From assembly GCA_963714015.1 (NCBI GenBank), contig OY970223.1, forward strand, positions 2,080,001 to 2,144,000: 64,000 nt of DNA, in the 5' to 3' direction. The notes beneath the pieces are model-generated. The model ran no database searches. It had not been told where the DNA came from and saw nothing but the letters and a program-made list of their open reading frames with translations. Made by a program: the position numbers and the translations under genes. Positions within the stretch are counted from its first letter, which is position 1. Each line of letters starts with the position of its first letter. Positions 30,492 to 40,743 of the stretch are shown here, piece by piece. This DNA comes from Vulcanimicrobiota bacterium (GTDB taxonomy: Bacteria; Vulcanimicrobiota; Vulcanimicrobiia; Vulcanimicrobiales; Vulcanimicrobiaceae).

Positions 30492-32611
30492 GTGAAACGT
30501 TTGGCGATCGTCGCTGCGGCGCTCTTCGTGAGCGCCGCGGCGTGTCCGGTCCATGCTGCGCCGGGCACCTTTACCCTTGAATCGGTTCTCGGATATCCAT
30601 ATCCGCTGCATCTCGTTTCAGGGGCGAACGGACGGACGATTGCGTACGTGCTCGACGAACGCGGTGTGCGCAACGTGTTCGTCGCGAGCGCTCCGGATTA
30701 CGCTCCTCGCAACGTTACCAACTTCACGGCGGACGACGGTCAAGAGATTACCAATCTGAGCGTCTCGCACGATGGAAAATACGTCGTGTTCGTGCGCGGC
30801 GGCGATCACGACTCCAACTGGCCGCCGCCGTTTCCGCCCGATCCCTCAGCCGCCACCGTTGCGCCGCAGATGGAGGTATGGTCGGTTGCGCTTCAGCCGG
30901 CGGGAAAAGCGCTGGTCATCGGCAACGGCGACGCGCCGGCCGTCTCGCCGGATAACCGTCGCGTTGCGTTCGTTGCGCCGGATAATTCGGTCTCGTGGGC
31001 GCCTCTGGACGGCTCAGGAAAAGCGGACAAGTTATTCTTCGACGAGGGACAAGACAGCGATCTGGAGTGGTCGCCGGACGGAACGCGGCTGGCGTTCGTC
31101 TCGACGCGCACCGATCACAGTTTTATCGGGATTTACCGCGACGCGCAGACGCCGCTGCGCTTTCTTTCCCCGTCGACATCGCAAGACGTCGAACCGCGCT
31201 GGTCGCCGGACGGAACGCGAATCGCGTTTTTACGTTTGCCCGGAAACGGCGGCCCGCCGACGACCGATTTTGCTTGGATCGTAACGCCGTGGAGCTGTGG
31301 ATCGGCGATGCCGGTACGGGCTCCGCGCGCCGTATCTGGTCGAGCGCGAACACGCTGCGCGCATCCTACCCGGACGAATTCGATCCATCGCTGCGCTGGA
31401 CCGTTCCGGATCGCATTACGTTCCTTACCAGCGCGGACAATTGGCCGCACATCTATTCCATCGCTCCGGACGGCGGCGCGCTCGAGCTGCTGACGCCGGG
31501 GCGCTATATGGTCGAAGACACCGCGGTTTCCGTTGACGGAAACAGCATCGTGTTCAGCGCGAACACCGGGCGCACGGCGGGCGACTTCGATCGCCGGCAC
31601 TTGTTCAGGGCCGGCGTGAAAGGCGGCGGCGTGCGCGAGCTCACCGCAGGAACCTCCAGTGAGTGGGGACCGGCGTCGACCGCGAACGGCATCGCGTTTA
31701 TTCAAGCGGGCAGTAAGGTGCCGCCCCTGATAACGGTTGCGTCCGCAAACGGCGGTGCGCCGCGTGCAATCGATCGCGATCGCTTGCCGGCGGATTTCCC
31801 CGTTTCGCAGCTGGTCGTTCCGCGCAGCGTTACGTTTCGCGCAGCAGATGGAAGTACGACGTACGGACAAATCTTCGAGGGTGCCGGCGCGGGCCGCAAG
31901 CCCGCGCTCGTATACGTCCACGGCGGACCGCCTCGTCAGATGCTTACGACGTGGCATTACATGGACTATTACACCAACGGATACGCGGTGAATCAATACT
32001 TGGCAAACCACGGCTTCGTCGTGCTGTCGTTGAATTACCGGCTGGGCATCGGATTTGGCTACGACTATGCGCATCCCGCCCGCTGGGGGCCGACCGGCGC
32101 ATCGGAATATAACGACGTGCTGGGCGCGAACGCGTATTTGCGAAGTTTGCCATACGTCGATGGGAAGCGCATCGGCATTTGGGGCGGCTCCTACGGCGGT
32201 TATCTGACGGCGCTCGCGCTCGCGCGCAACTCCGATCGTTTTTGCACGGGCGCCGATTGGCACGGCGTGCACGACTGGTCGTCGGCTGACATTCTGCCCG
32301 ATCCGCCGGCGCGCTATCAACTCCAAAACATGAAGCGGGAGCGACGGATTGCGTGGGAATCCTCGCCCGACTCATCGGTTGGAAAGTGGCGCTCTCCGGT
32401 GCTTCTGATTCAGGGCGACGACGATCATAACGTGCGGTTTCACCAGACCGTCGACTTGGCGCGCCGGCTGGATCTCGCGCGAGTTCCGTATAACGAACTG
32501 GTGCTTCCCAACGAGATCCACGGCTTTCTGCGGCATGCGTCGTTCGTTCAGGCGGATACGGCCACGGTCGATTTCCTCACCGCGCATTTAACCGCATCGG
32601 CCTGCCACTGA
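30492..32611 (+). CDS. S9 family (prolyl oligopeptidase/dipeptidyl aminopeptidase) secreted peptidase (frameshift at ~31292)
   Basis: PD40 repeats WSPDG; VHGGP; WGGSYGG; QGDDD; EIHGF. Confidence 0.9.
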
Positions 32612-32620
32612 AATTTGCGC

Positions 32621-34359
32621 TTACGGTAACGCGATACGGTAGTAGTCCAGATCGTCGACGCGCATCCGCTGCATGATACCCGCCGCCGGCGTGTCGAAGC
32701 GGATCGTCGAGGTGCCCGCGCGGAAGGTTCCGTCGGCTTTTGGAACGAGAGGCGCGCCGTCGACGGTAAGGCTTCCCTTCAACTCGTAGACGCGGCTCGT
32801 CGCCGGAACGCCCCATAAACCGAGCGTCTCATAGCGGCCGATGAAGGCATTCCATGCCGGCGGATACGTGAACGTTCGCGGTCCGCTGTAAGCCGCATTC
32901 GTGTACCATTGCGAACCTGAAACCACTTCGTCGACCTTGCCGGCTTTGTTGCGCAAAAACGTTAGGCCGTAGATCGCAAATCGCGGATCGTCGACCCAGA
33001 ACGGACCGAAGCGCGGATACAGCGTTTTCGGCCCCGCAGGGCTATCCATTGCCAGCGCCTTGCCGTCGGTGCTAAACGACAACGAGGAGCCGTCGGATGC
33101 GGTAAACGTCCCGGCATAATCGGATGCCTGAGAAACTTGCGTACGCTGCAGATAGTTTCCGATAGCCGGCGGAATCGGGGGAAGCGGTTGTCCCTGGCTT
33201 TGAGCACGCAGTACGGCAATCGCATAAAGCACGATCGCACACGGATGCAGCGGCGATTCGACGAGATTCGACATGGCAATGACGCCGAAGCCGCGCGTAA
33301 CGTCGGCTTCCATGCAGGCGGTATAACCGGCAATTCCGCCGGTGTGGCCGACGATCTTGTCGCCATTTTCGTCGTGCACCGCCAAACCGAACGCATAGTG
33401 CGCGTACAAGTTCGGCGCTTCCGCGAGTTCGGGAGATTTCTGGCCGGCCGGTTTTCCGTTGTTCGTGTCGGGCGTGGTCCACAACGCATAGCTTTCCGGC
33501 GAGATGATCCGTTTACCGGCGTCGTTCACGCCGCCGTTCAGGATCAGACGCAGGTATTTGGCCATGTCTTCCGGCGTCGAGATTACCGAGCCCGCCGGAT
33601 CCTCGAAATCCCCCGGGAACGAGGGGACGAGCTTCGGACTAGGCGGCGTAAGGATGTTCGAATCGTCGAAGACGTAACCGTACGCCGCATCATCCAGAGT
33701 CTCGGGTGTGAATACGGGACTGCTGCGCGTCATGCCGAGCGCGTCAAAGACGCGCGCCTGAACCGAGTCCGCCCACGGTTTGGCGTCGAGCGCCGCTAAG
33801 ATTGCGCCGGCAGTCGCAAGACCGTCGTTGGAATATTCCCAGCTCGTTCCGGGCGGGTAGGTCGTGTGAGCCCGGTGCAGCGCGGCGACGCTGTAGAGAT
33901 ACCCCGGCGAAAACGAGTAGTCGCCGGGAACGCCCGCCGTATGCGAGAGAGCTGGTGCGCATAGATCGTTCGGCCTTGCGAGTCGATGGAGAACCACGGC
34001 AAATACGTGCGCACGGGCGCCTGCGGATTGAAGCGCCCCTGATCGCGCAGCTCCATAAGTGCGAGCGCCGTCATGCCCTTGGTGATCGAACCGATCGGAT
34101 AGCGAGTTTGGGGCGTCACCGGCGCTTTTGCGTCTACGTTCGCATATCCAAGGGTCAGAATGCGCAGCGTATGCTGTTTATCGGTGATCGCCACCGACAT
34201 TCCGGGCGCGGCTTGCTCGAGTAAGGCCTGCGGCGCATAGCTTTCGATCTGCCGCAGCGCGTCGTCAACACTTGGGGCGGCTGCAGCCGCCGGAGGAGAG
34301 AGCGGTAAAAGCGACGCCGCCAAAGCGGCCGCGGCGATACGAATGCACGTGGTACGCAT
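32621..34359 (-). CDS. Secreted serine hydrolase (S12) (frameshift at ~33948)
   Basis: Signal peptide; SITK; YSN; GHTGG; two ORFs join at AHQL[x]SHTAG. Confidence 0.88.
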
Positions 34360-34405
34360 GCGGTGTTGGTACGGCGCAAAAGGGGCGGCTCCTAGCAGGC
34401 GCAGA

Positions 34406-34436
34406 CAAAATATTGTCAAAGGCGGCAGTATATCGT
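34406..34436. promoter_or_regulatory. Paired candidate operator boxes between divergent hydrolase genes
   Basis: CAAAATATTGT (34406) and CAGTATATCGT (34426), 20-bp spacing. Confidence 0.6.
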
Positions 34437-34450
34437 CGTTTAGAGGGAGG

Positions 34451-36031
34451 GTGTTTTTGGGGAGCGTCGAGGCGCGCTTGGAAGCAGTCTTCAACCAATT
34501 CGACTCGGCGCGCGATCCGGGCTTCGTGGCGGCCGTTGCGCGTCCGGGCGTACCCGATTGCCGGCGCGCAGGCGGAGTCTCGAGCATCGAAAGCGGAGCG
34601 CGCAACGGCGAACAGACGCGTATGCGCATCGGTTCGACCACGAAGCAATTCACGTGCTTGGGCGTGATGCTCTTGGCCGAAGAAGGCTTGCTTTCAATCG
34701 ATGACGATATCCGCGCGCACCTTCCCGAACTTCCAATGTATCCGCGGCCGGTCGCGATTCGGCATCTCATGTCGAATACCGGCGGATTGCGATGCTATCT
34801 CGATTTGATAGGCATCTTGGCGGGTTTCGATCGGGCGATCTCCGCGCAGCGTGCGCGGCGGCTGATGCTGCGTCAGCGCAGCGTCAATTTCGATGCGGGA
34901 GAACGGCTGATCTACTGCAACGGCGGGTATCTGCTGCTTTCGATGCTGATCGAACGCGTTGCGAAGACTCCGCTGGGAGAATTTTTTGCAAAGCGGATCT
35001 TCGAACCGCTCGGCATGACGCGCACGTCATTTGAACCGGACGATTCCAAACTGCTTCCTGAGTCTGCAACGCTGCACCAGCGGCATCCCGACGGTTCCTA
35101 TCATCGCGGCACGATTGGCATCGGCCTGAGCGGAGACGGTGCGATCGTTTCGAGCGTTGAGGACCTGCTGCGCTGGCTGCGGAACATGGATTCTCCGGTA
35201 ATCGGAAACCCCAAAACGTGGTCGGCGATGCTGAGCGCGGGCTCCGATAACGAACACGGGTACGGCTTCGGGTTGATGCACAACGCCTATCGGGGGATTC
35301 GAGTCGTAGAGCACGGCGGAACGGTGTTCGGCGGCCGTTGTCAGTCGCTCAAGGTTCCCGATCACGGCATCGACATCGCAATCATGAGCAACGCGTCGGA
35401 CGTGTTTCCTGCGCAGATAGCCGACCGCGTGCTGGACGCATTGCTGGAGGGCAAGCTGGATTCCGCAGCCGCGCTTGCTTCCGCGCAGAAAACCGGCGCA
35501 TTGGCCGGCACGTTTTATTCGGCCGAAACCGGCGATCTGATGCGAATAGTGACCAAAGACGACGGCGTGTTCATGGCGGGCGAATCGGGCGAAGCGCCGC
35601 TATACGAACTGCCGGAGGGCGGATTTCGGACGAACTTCGCTTCGCTCAGCGTTGCCATACGCGAGGCGAATGGCGCAATCGAAGTTCGGGAAGGCGGCCA
35701 TCGTGCCGTTCTCGGGCGCGTTCAGGCGGAAAGCTGCCAGTCCATCGATCCGTACCGCGGCTTGTACGTAAACGCGGACTGTGAAGCGCAAGCGGCGATC
35801 GACGGCGCAACGACGCCGCGAATGGTGCTCGAGTCGCCGTACGGCTCGACCGCTTACGCGCTCGAACCGCTCACGCAAGACGTGTGGCTTGCGCAGCTTC
35901 AAGACACGTGGTTTCCGCTCAGGCTCCTCGTCGAATTTCGGTCCGGCCCGGACGGCGAGTTGCTTTGGATCACGACCGGGCGTACGAAGCGGCTTCAGTT
36001 CGATCGGCGGCAAAAAGGAGCGCATCGATAG
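34451..36031 (+). CDS. Cytoplasmic serine hydrolase, D-aminopeptidase-like (S12)
   Basis: GGAGG RBS then GTG; STTK, YCN, GDG and HGG motifs; no signal peptide. Confidence 0.85.
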   Translation: MFLGSVEARLEAVFNQFDSARDPGFVAAVARPGVPDCRRAGGVSSIESGARNGEQTRMRIGSTTKQFTCLGVMLLAEEGLLSIDDDIRAHLPELPMYPRPVAIRHLMSNTGGLRCYLDLIGILAGFDRAISAQRARRLMLRQRSVNFDAGERLIYCNGGYLLLSMLIERVAKTPLGEFFAKRIFEPLGMTRTSFEPDDSKLLPESATLHQRHPDGSYHRGTIGIGLSGDGAIVSSVEDLLRWLRNMDSPVIGNPKTWSAMLSAGSDNEHGYGFGLMHNAYRGIRVVEHGGTVFGGRCQSLKVPDHGIDIAIMSNASDVFPAQIADRVLDALLEGKLDSAAALASAQKTGALAGTFYSAETGDLMRIVTKDDGVFMAGESGEAPLYELPEGGFRTNFASLSVAIREANGAIEVREGGHRAVLGRVQAESCQSIDPYRGLYVNADCEAQAAIDGATTPRMVLESPYGSTAYALEPLTQDVWLAQLQDTWFPLRLLVEFRSGPDGELLWITTGRTKRLQFDRRQKGAHR

Positions 36032-36094
36032 ACTCAGCGTGTGACCTCGAACACTATTCCGCTGAAGTAGCACGGCGGGCAGTTGCGACGCAGC

Positions 36095-36548
36095 CTAGTG
36101 CGGCTGGTGAGGGCCGGAAATGACTGCCAGGAGACGCCCTAAATCCTCAAGGTCCGTTTCGTTATAACGGCTAGTAAAATGTTCGCGTATGCCTCGGACA
36201 TGGGTCCGCGCTGCAGCTCGCAGTGTGGTCAACCCCTTATCGCTGAGGCAGACGCGAACAACTCTAGCGTCCTCTTCCGATCGCCGGCGTTCAAGCAGGC
36301 CGCCTTCAATCATCTTGTCGACGAGTCGCGTTAAACCACTCGGCGACATAAGGATACGATGCGCTATGTCGACCATTCGCAGCGACCTTTCGGGTGCTCG
36401 TCTCAGACGTAAGAGAACGTCGTACTGAGTTAACGTCAGCCCGTGCTCCTTGCGCAACTCGTCTTCTAGAGAAGCAAGCACGATGTGCTGCGCATGTAGG
36501 AAGGCCTGCCACGTGTCCAGCCTCCGTTCCGGATAGGCGAGGGCTCAA
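36095..36548 (-). CDS. MarR-family regulator (5' frameshift at ~36532)
   Basis: WQAFLHAQ...LTLTQYDVLLRL...SGLTRLVDKM...DARVVRV; TTG start after GGAGGT. Confidence 0.85.
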
Positions 36549-36561
36549 AGTCCTGACCTCC

Positions 36562-36619
36562 ACAATAGTTGCACTAGCAACTGTTTCGTGCTACAATAGT
36601 TTCTCACGCAACTATTGTA
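36562..36619. promoter_or_regulatory. Two MarR-type palindromic operators overlapping a sigma70 promoter
   Basis: AGTTGC-ACTA-GCAACT and TACAATAGTT-N8-AACTATTGTA; TTGCAC-17-TACAAT on the + strand. Confidence 0.75.
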
Positions 36620-36632
36620 CAGGAAATTAAAC

Positions 36633-37229
36633 GTGCCGTCCACAAGTTCCCCCACGCGAATTTTGCCGATTTGCGGCAGCCTGCGACTCGGATCTTACAA
36701 CCGCAAGCTCCTCGAGGCTGCTGCCGCGTGGGCCCCTCAGGGCCTCTCGTTCGAGCCTCTTCTTCCGTTGGACGATCTGCCCTATTTTGATGAAGACTTG
36801 GAAGAGCGAGGCACGCCCGAATCCGTTACTGCTCTATGTCGCCGGGTCGACAATTCCGACGGCTTGTTGATCGCAACACCCGAGTACAATCAGGCGATTC
36901 CGGGCATTCTCAAGAATGCGCTCGACTGGCTTTCACGCAGCACGCCCGAGGTTTTGGAAGGCAAACCTGTCTGCGTAGTGGGAGCCTCGCCGGGGCCGTG
37001 GGGCACGCGCCTAGCCCAATCGGCGTTGCGTCAGCTGTTATACACAACAGGTGCGCTCGTGCTTCCGCCTCCCGCAATGTTCGTCGCGAACTTTTCCAAA
37101 CGCTTAAACGATCGGGAGGAACTCGTCGACGAACGGATTCTCCTTAACCTGGCGCGTCTTATGTCCCGCTTTGAAACGTGGATCGAGCTGACTGGAAGTA
37201 TCACCAAGTGGATGAAAGCGCTATCTTGA
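36633..37229 (+). CDS. NADPH-dependent FMN reductase
   Basis: GSLRLGSYN, ATPEYN, LKNALDW. Confidence 0.92.
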   Translation: MPSTSSPTRILPICGSLRLGSYNRKLLEAAAAWAPQGLSFEPLLPLDDLPYFDEDLEERGTPESVTALCRRVDNSDGLLIATPEYNQAIPGILKNALDWLSRSTPEVLEGKPVCVVGASPGPWGTRLAQSALRQLLYTTGALVLPPPAMFVANFSKRLNDREELVDERILLNLARLMSRFETWIELTGSITKWMKALS

Positions 37230-37688
37230 ATTATTGCGCGGCCAGTGACGACGCCATGGCGCAGCTGCCTGATCTTCGTGCCCAATGGGCGGCCGAATCG
37301 GGCGTCGATTTGGATGGTCTATTCGCGGGTTGGCGGAATCGTTACGTGGCGTATTTCTCAGCGAAGCGACGCAGTGGAGAAGCTCAGGTTTTCGTCGCAA
37401 GGCTCGAGGGAGCCGTAGTGGGCAACGTCGTCGTGCAAATTGCGGACAGCTATCGGCGCGCAGCTTTCGGAATCCGTACGGCGAAGATCAATGCGTTGTA
37501 CGTTGATCCGGGCTTCAGAGGGCAAGGCGTCGCCAATCGGTTAATGGAGACTCGCTCTGCAATGGGCACGCGAGAACAAGTGCACCGGGGTTCGGCTGCA
37601 CGCAAGTGAGCAGGCGGGACCGCTTTATGCAAAGCTTGGGTTCGTATCCGGCAACGAACTCGAACTCGACTTGAACCACTCCGATTAG
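37226..37688 (+). CDS. GNAT acetyltransferase (frameshift at ~37550)
   Basis: LYVDPGFRGQGVA; corrected MELALQWAREN...RLHAS...LYAKLGF. Confidence 0.85.
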
Positions 37689-37698
37689 CGCTGCAATA

Positions 37699-37767
37699 CC
37701 GCTCCCTGCATCGACAATCGCAGTTCGCTGCAAGACCCTATGCCATTCCTCATAAATCTCGTAGAAT
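37699..37767 (+). promoter_or_regulatory. LytTR-type direct repeats and -10 element
   Basis: CCGCTCCCTG (37699), CAGTTCGCTG (37721), CCATTCCTCA (37743) at 22-bp period; TAGAAT 37762-37767. Confidence 0.55.
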
Positions 37768-37776
37768 AGCCGCAGA

Positions 37777-38844
37777 GTGAAGCGGCTCTGGATTCTTCTT
37801 TGGTGGCTAGCCCTAGCGCTCTTCGACGCAACGAGGACCGTCGAGGTCATGCGGTCGGAGGGGATGCAGCACAACTGGCCGGTGCTGTTTGTGATCGAGG
37901 CGTTGGAGTGGCTGCCCTGGGCTGCTGCTACGTGGTTCATCGTCGCGCTCAGGCAACGTCTTCGATCTGCGCCACGTGCAGTGACGTGGAGTGCGCTCGT
38001 CGTGACGGCACTCTGCGCCAACACGGCATTTGCGGCGTGGACGACGTTTCTCGTGGTGACCTTCCGGCCGTTCGGTCCGGATTTCCCGAAGAACGCGTTC
38101 GCGCATTTCGTCAGCGGGTTCGGAGATGGCCTTTTGACGACGATCGTTTTTTTTGCGCTGATCATCACGATGAATAATTTCTTCGAGTCCCGCGAGCGCC
38201 TCGTAAAACAGAATATGGAATTGGCGCAACTCAATGCAAAGCTTGCCCAAGCAGAACTTAGCGCGCTGCGCCACCAGATCGAGCCGCATTTCCTTTTCAA
38301 TTCTTTGAATTCTATTGCCGGACTCATTCGAGAAGAAAGGTCCGGCGAGGCGATCGGCACGCTTGTGAGCCTGAGCGACTTCTTACGTCGCACGCTCTCG
38401 GAATCTAACCGTCAAGAGGTGCCGCTCTCCGAAGAGCTGGACTTCGTCGCGCAGTACCTTGCCACGCAGAAGGTGCGTTTCGCGGAGCGGTTGCAACTCA
38501 GCGTGGACGTGCCGGTGCAACTGCAAAGTGCGGTGGTTCCAAACCTCATTCTCCAGCCGCTGGTCGAGAATGCGATTAAGCACGGCGTCGCCAAGCGCAG
38601 GGAGGGCGGCTCCATACGCATTGCAGCGACCTCGCGAGACAACCGGCTGCACATCAGCATTTCCAATGACGGCCCACCGCTATCTCCCGATTGGGACGTA
38701 ACATCGGCCGGCGTCGGTGTGAGCAACGTCCGTGCTCGGCTACGAGCGCTCTACGGCGATGCCGCATCGTTTGTCATGAACGCGCAAAGCGCCGGCGGCG
38801 CCGAGGTCGCAATTACCGTACCGCTGCGCACCGCTGCGAACTGA
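37777..38844 (+). CDS. LytS/YehU-type sensor histidine kinase
   Basis: TM N-terminus; LRHQIEPHFLFNSLNSI; LQPLVENAIKHG; GVGVSNV. Confidence 0.92.
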   Translation: MKRLWILLWWLALALFDATRTVEVMRSEGMQHNWPVLFVIEALEWLPWAAATWFIVALRQRLRSAPRAVTWSALVVTALCANTAFAAWTTFLVVTFRPFGPDFPKNAFAHFVSGFGDGLLTTIVFFALIITMNNFFESRERLVKQNMELAQLNAKLAQAELSALRHQIEPHFLFNSLNSIAGLIREERSGEAIGTLVSLSDFLRRTLSESNRQEVPLSEELDFVAQYLATQKVRFAERLQLSVDVPVQLQSAVVPNLILQPLVENAIKHGVAKRREGGSIRIAATSRDNRLHISISNDGPPLSPDWDVTSAGVGVSNVRARLRALYGDAASFVMNAQSAGGAEVAITVPLRTAAN

Positions 38845-39575
38845 TGGCGATACGAACGCTCGTGGTCGACGACGAACCGCTCGCGCGGAGCAGCGTCCTT
38901 GCACTGCTCAAACGGGACCCGCAAATCGAAGTTGTCGGCCAGTCGGCCGGTGGGGCCGACGCGCTCGAGGACATCCGGCGCCTCTCACCGGATTTAGTGT
39001 TCCTCGACGTTGAAATGCCCGAATGCGATGGGTTCGACGTGCTCGAGATGCTCGGATCCGCGGGCGGCCCGGTCATTGTTTTTGTAACGGCGTATGACAA
39101 ATACGCCATCGCCGCGTTCGATGCGGGTGCGCTCGACTACGTGCTGAAGCCCTTCGACGACGCGCGATTCCACCTCGCGCTCGCTCGTGCAAAGGAACGA
39201 ATTCATGCTGCGGGATCTTTGCCTGGATCGCTGCGCAATATCGCGATCAAATCGCATGGCTCCGTTTCGTTCATTCCAGTCGAGCGCATCGATTGGATCG
39301 AGGCCGCGGACTATTGTTCGCGCCTTCACATCGCGGGCACAAGGCATCTGCTGCGCCGGAGCATGGCCGATCTCGAACGAGACTTGGAAGGGCTGGATTT
39401 TTGCCGCATTCATCGCTCGACCATCGTGAATCTTTGGCGGGTTAGCGAAGTGGGGCCGGACGAGAACGGCGACTACGAAGTACGCCTCATTGACGGCAGC
39501 GCACATCGCCTTAGCCGCAGGTACCGGCGCGACTTCCAGGCGAGAATAGAGACGTTCAAGATAAACCGGCGCTGA
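38844..39575 (+). CDS. LytTR-family response regulator
   Basis: VVDDEPLAR, FLDVEMP, DYVLKP, FCRIHRSTIVN. Confidence 0.93.
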   Translation: MAIRTLVVDDEPLARSSVLALLKRDPQIEVVGQSAGGADALEDIRRLSPDLVFLDVEMPECDGFDVLEMLGSAGGPVIVFVTAYDKYAIAAFDAGALDYVLKPFDDARFHLALARAKERIHAAGSLPGSLRNIAIKSHGSVSFIPVERIDWIEAADYCSRLHIAGTRHLLRRSMADLERDLEGLDFCRIHRSTIVNLWRVSEVGPDENGDYEVRLIDGSAHRLSRRYRRDFQARIETFKINRR

Positions 39576-40526
39576 GCTGAACGACGAGCCGTTCGCCGTT
39601 GAACCGGCTCGCTGCCTTTGAAGTGCGGTAAATCCGCTTCGCCAGGAGGGGTACCGCAAGGTCCACCCGAGTTCGCGTTTCGCCAGCGCATTTGATGCTC
39701 CGCGCGATTCGGTCGCAATCACCACTACCGCCTCCCCGGCGAAGATGCGCGCGAGCCAGCGCGGATAATGCGGCGGTGGCTTTGCACCCAGCAGTCGGGC
39801 CAATACCGGAAGCCATTCGCGCACCGGCGCCGGTTCATCGTCGACAACGTTGTATATTGCAGGCCCATCATGCTCGAGGGCAAGCACGGTTGCCCGAGCG
39901 GCATCCTCTAAGTGAATGAACGATGTTACGCCGGCGCCATCGCCGACGATCGGGAAATGACCCTTACGAATCGGGTCGAGCATCGCGTCGCCCTCGTCCC
40001 CGTACAGCGCGCCATAGCGCAACGCAATGCCTCCGAAACGCGTCACGGCGTCCTCCAGGTATCGCAGTGCATCGAAGGCTTTTCGCATCGCGCGCGGCGG
40101 GGCCGGATCGAGCCGATCCGCCTCGGCTTTCACGGGGCCGCCGATTCGCGCATATCGTCCGCTGGCGTAGCTCTGCGCGACGAATCGCCGTACGCCCCCT
40201 TCATGGGCCGCCGCAAGCAGCGCATCGGTGCCCTCGGTCCGGAGGCGATTCGTCAGCGCGAAACCCTGCTCGAACTTTCGCACGTCGAGATGTTTGAGCG
40301 CAGTCGCTTGGTGAATGATCGCGTCAGGTTTTGTCTCCAGAACGGCGCGCCTTACGGCATGCCCGTCAAGAAGATCGACCTTCATCGGCAGCGCGCCTAG
40401 CCCGCGCACCCGTTCGGCGTTCTGCGGGGATGTATAGGTACCGACGACGTCATGGCCGCGTTCGATCAACTGCGGCACTAGCCGCGCTCCGATTGCACCA
40501 CTCGCGCCGGCAAGAAATACTCGCAT
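39556..40526 (-). CDS. NAD-dependent epimerase/dehydratase (extended SDR); 3' frameshift at ~39623 inferred
   Basis: GASGAIG Rossmann motif; LRYGALYG; YNVVDDEP. As read, the ORF overruns to 38994; restoring AGCT gives a stop at 39556. Confidence 0.85.
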
Positions 40527-40691
40527 GAGCACCTCGTAAACACGCAGCGCGAGCTCGACGTATGTATGTTAAGCATTGCGATGCCCGGCTGCAATAGGCA
40601 AGATTGTCCAACGTTTTGTGGACGCCTATGTTGTGCCGTCGCTGTCCGACCAAGGCGTCCAACCGTTCGAAGGCGATTTTTTTGAGGAAGA

Positions 40692-40722
40692 GCAGACGGC
40701 GAGCAAAGAGCTCGCCGCCTGC
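40692..40722 (-). terminator. Hairpin downstream of the TBDR gene
   Basis: GCAGACGGCGAGC-AAAGA-GCTCGCCGCCTGC; weak U-tract. Confidence 0.5.
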
Positions 40723-40743
40723 CTATTGAGGAGTGCTATGGAT

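Noticed and set aside
18638..34359. Mass pseudogenisation of the peptide locus or programmed frameshifting
   Set aside because: Single indels at AGCT with intact catalytic motifs, no in-frame stops and no slippery heptamers.
16641..36031. Beta-lactam resistance cluster
   Set aside because: HxG rather than KTG triad and the peptidase/transport context favour catabolic peptidases.
38994..39555. SDR ORF extending ~190 aa antisense through the LytTR gene
   Set aside because: One missing base at an AGCT site explains it; treated as an artefact.
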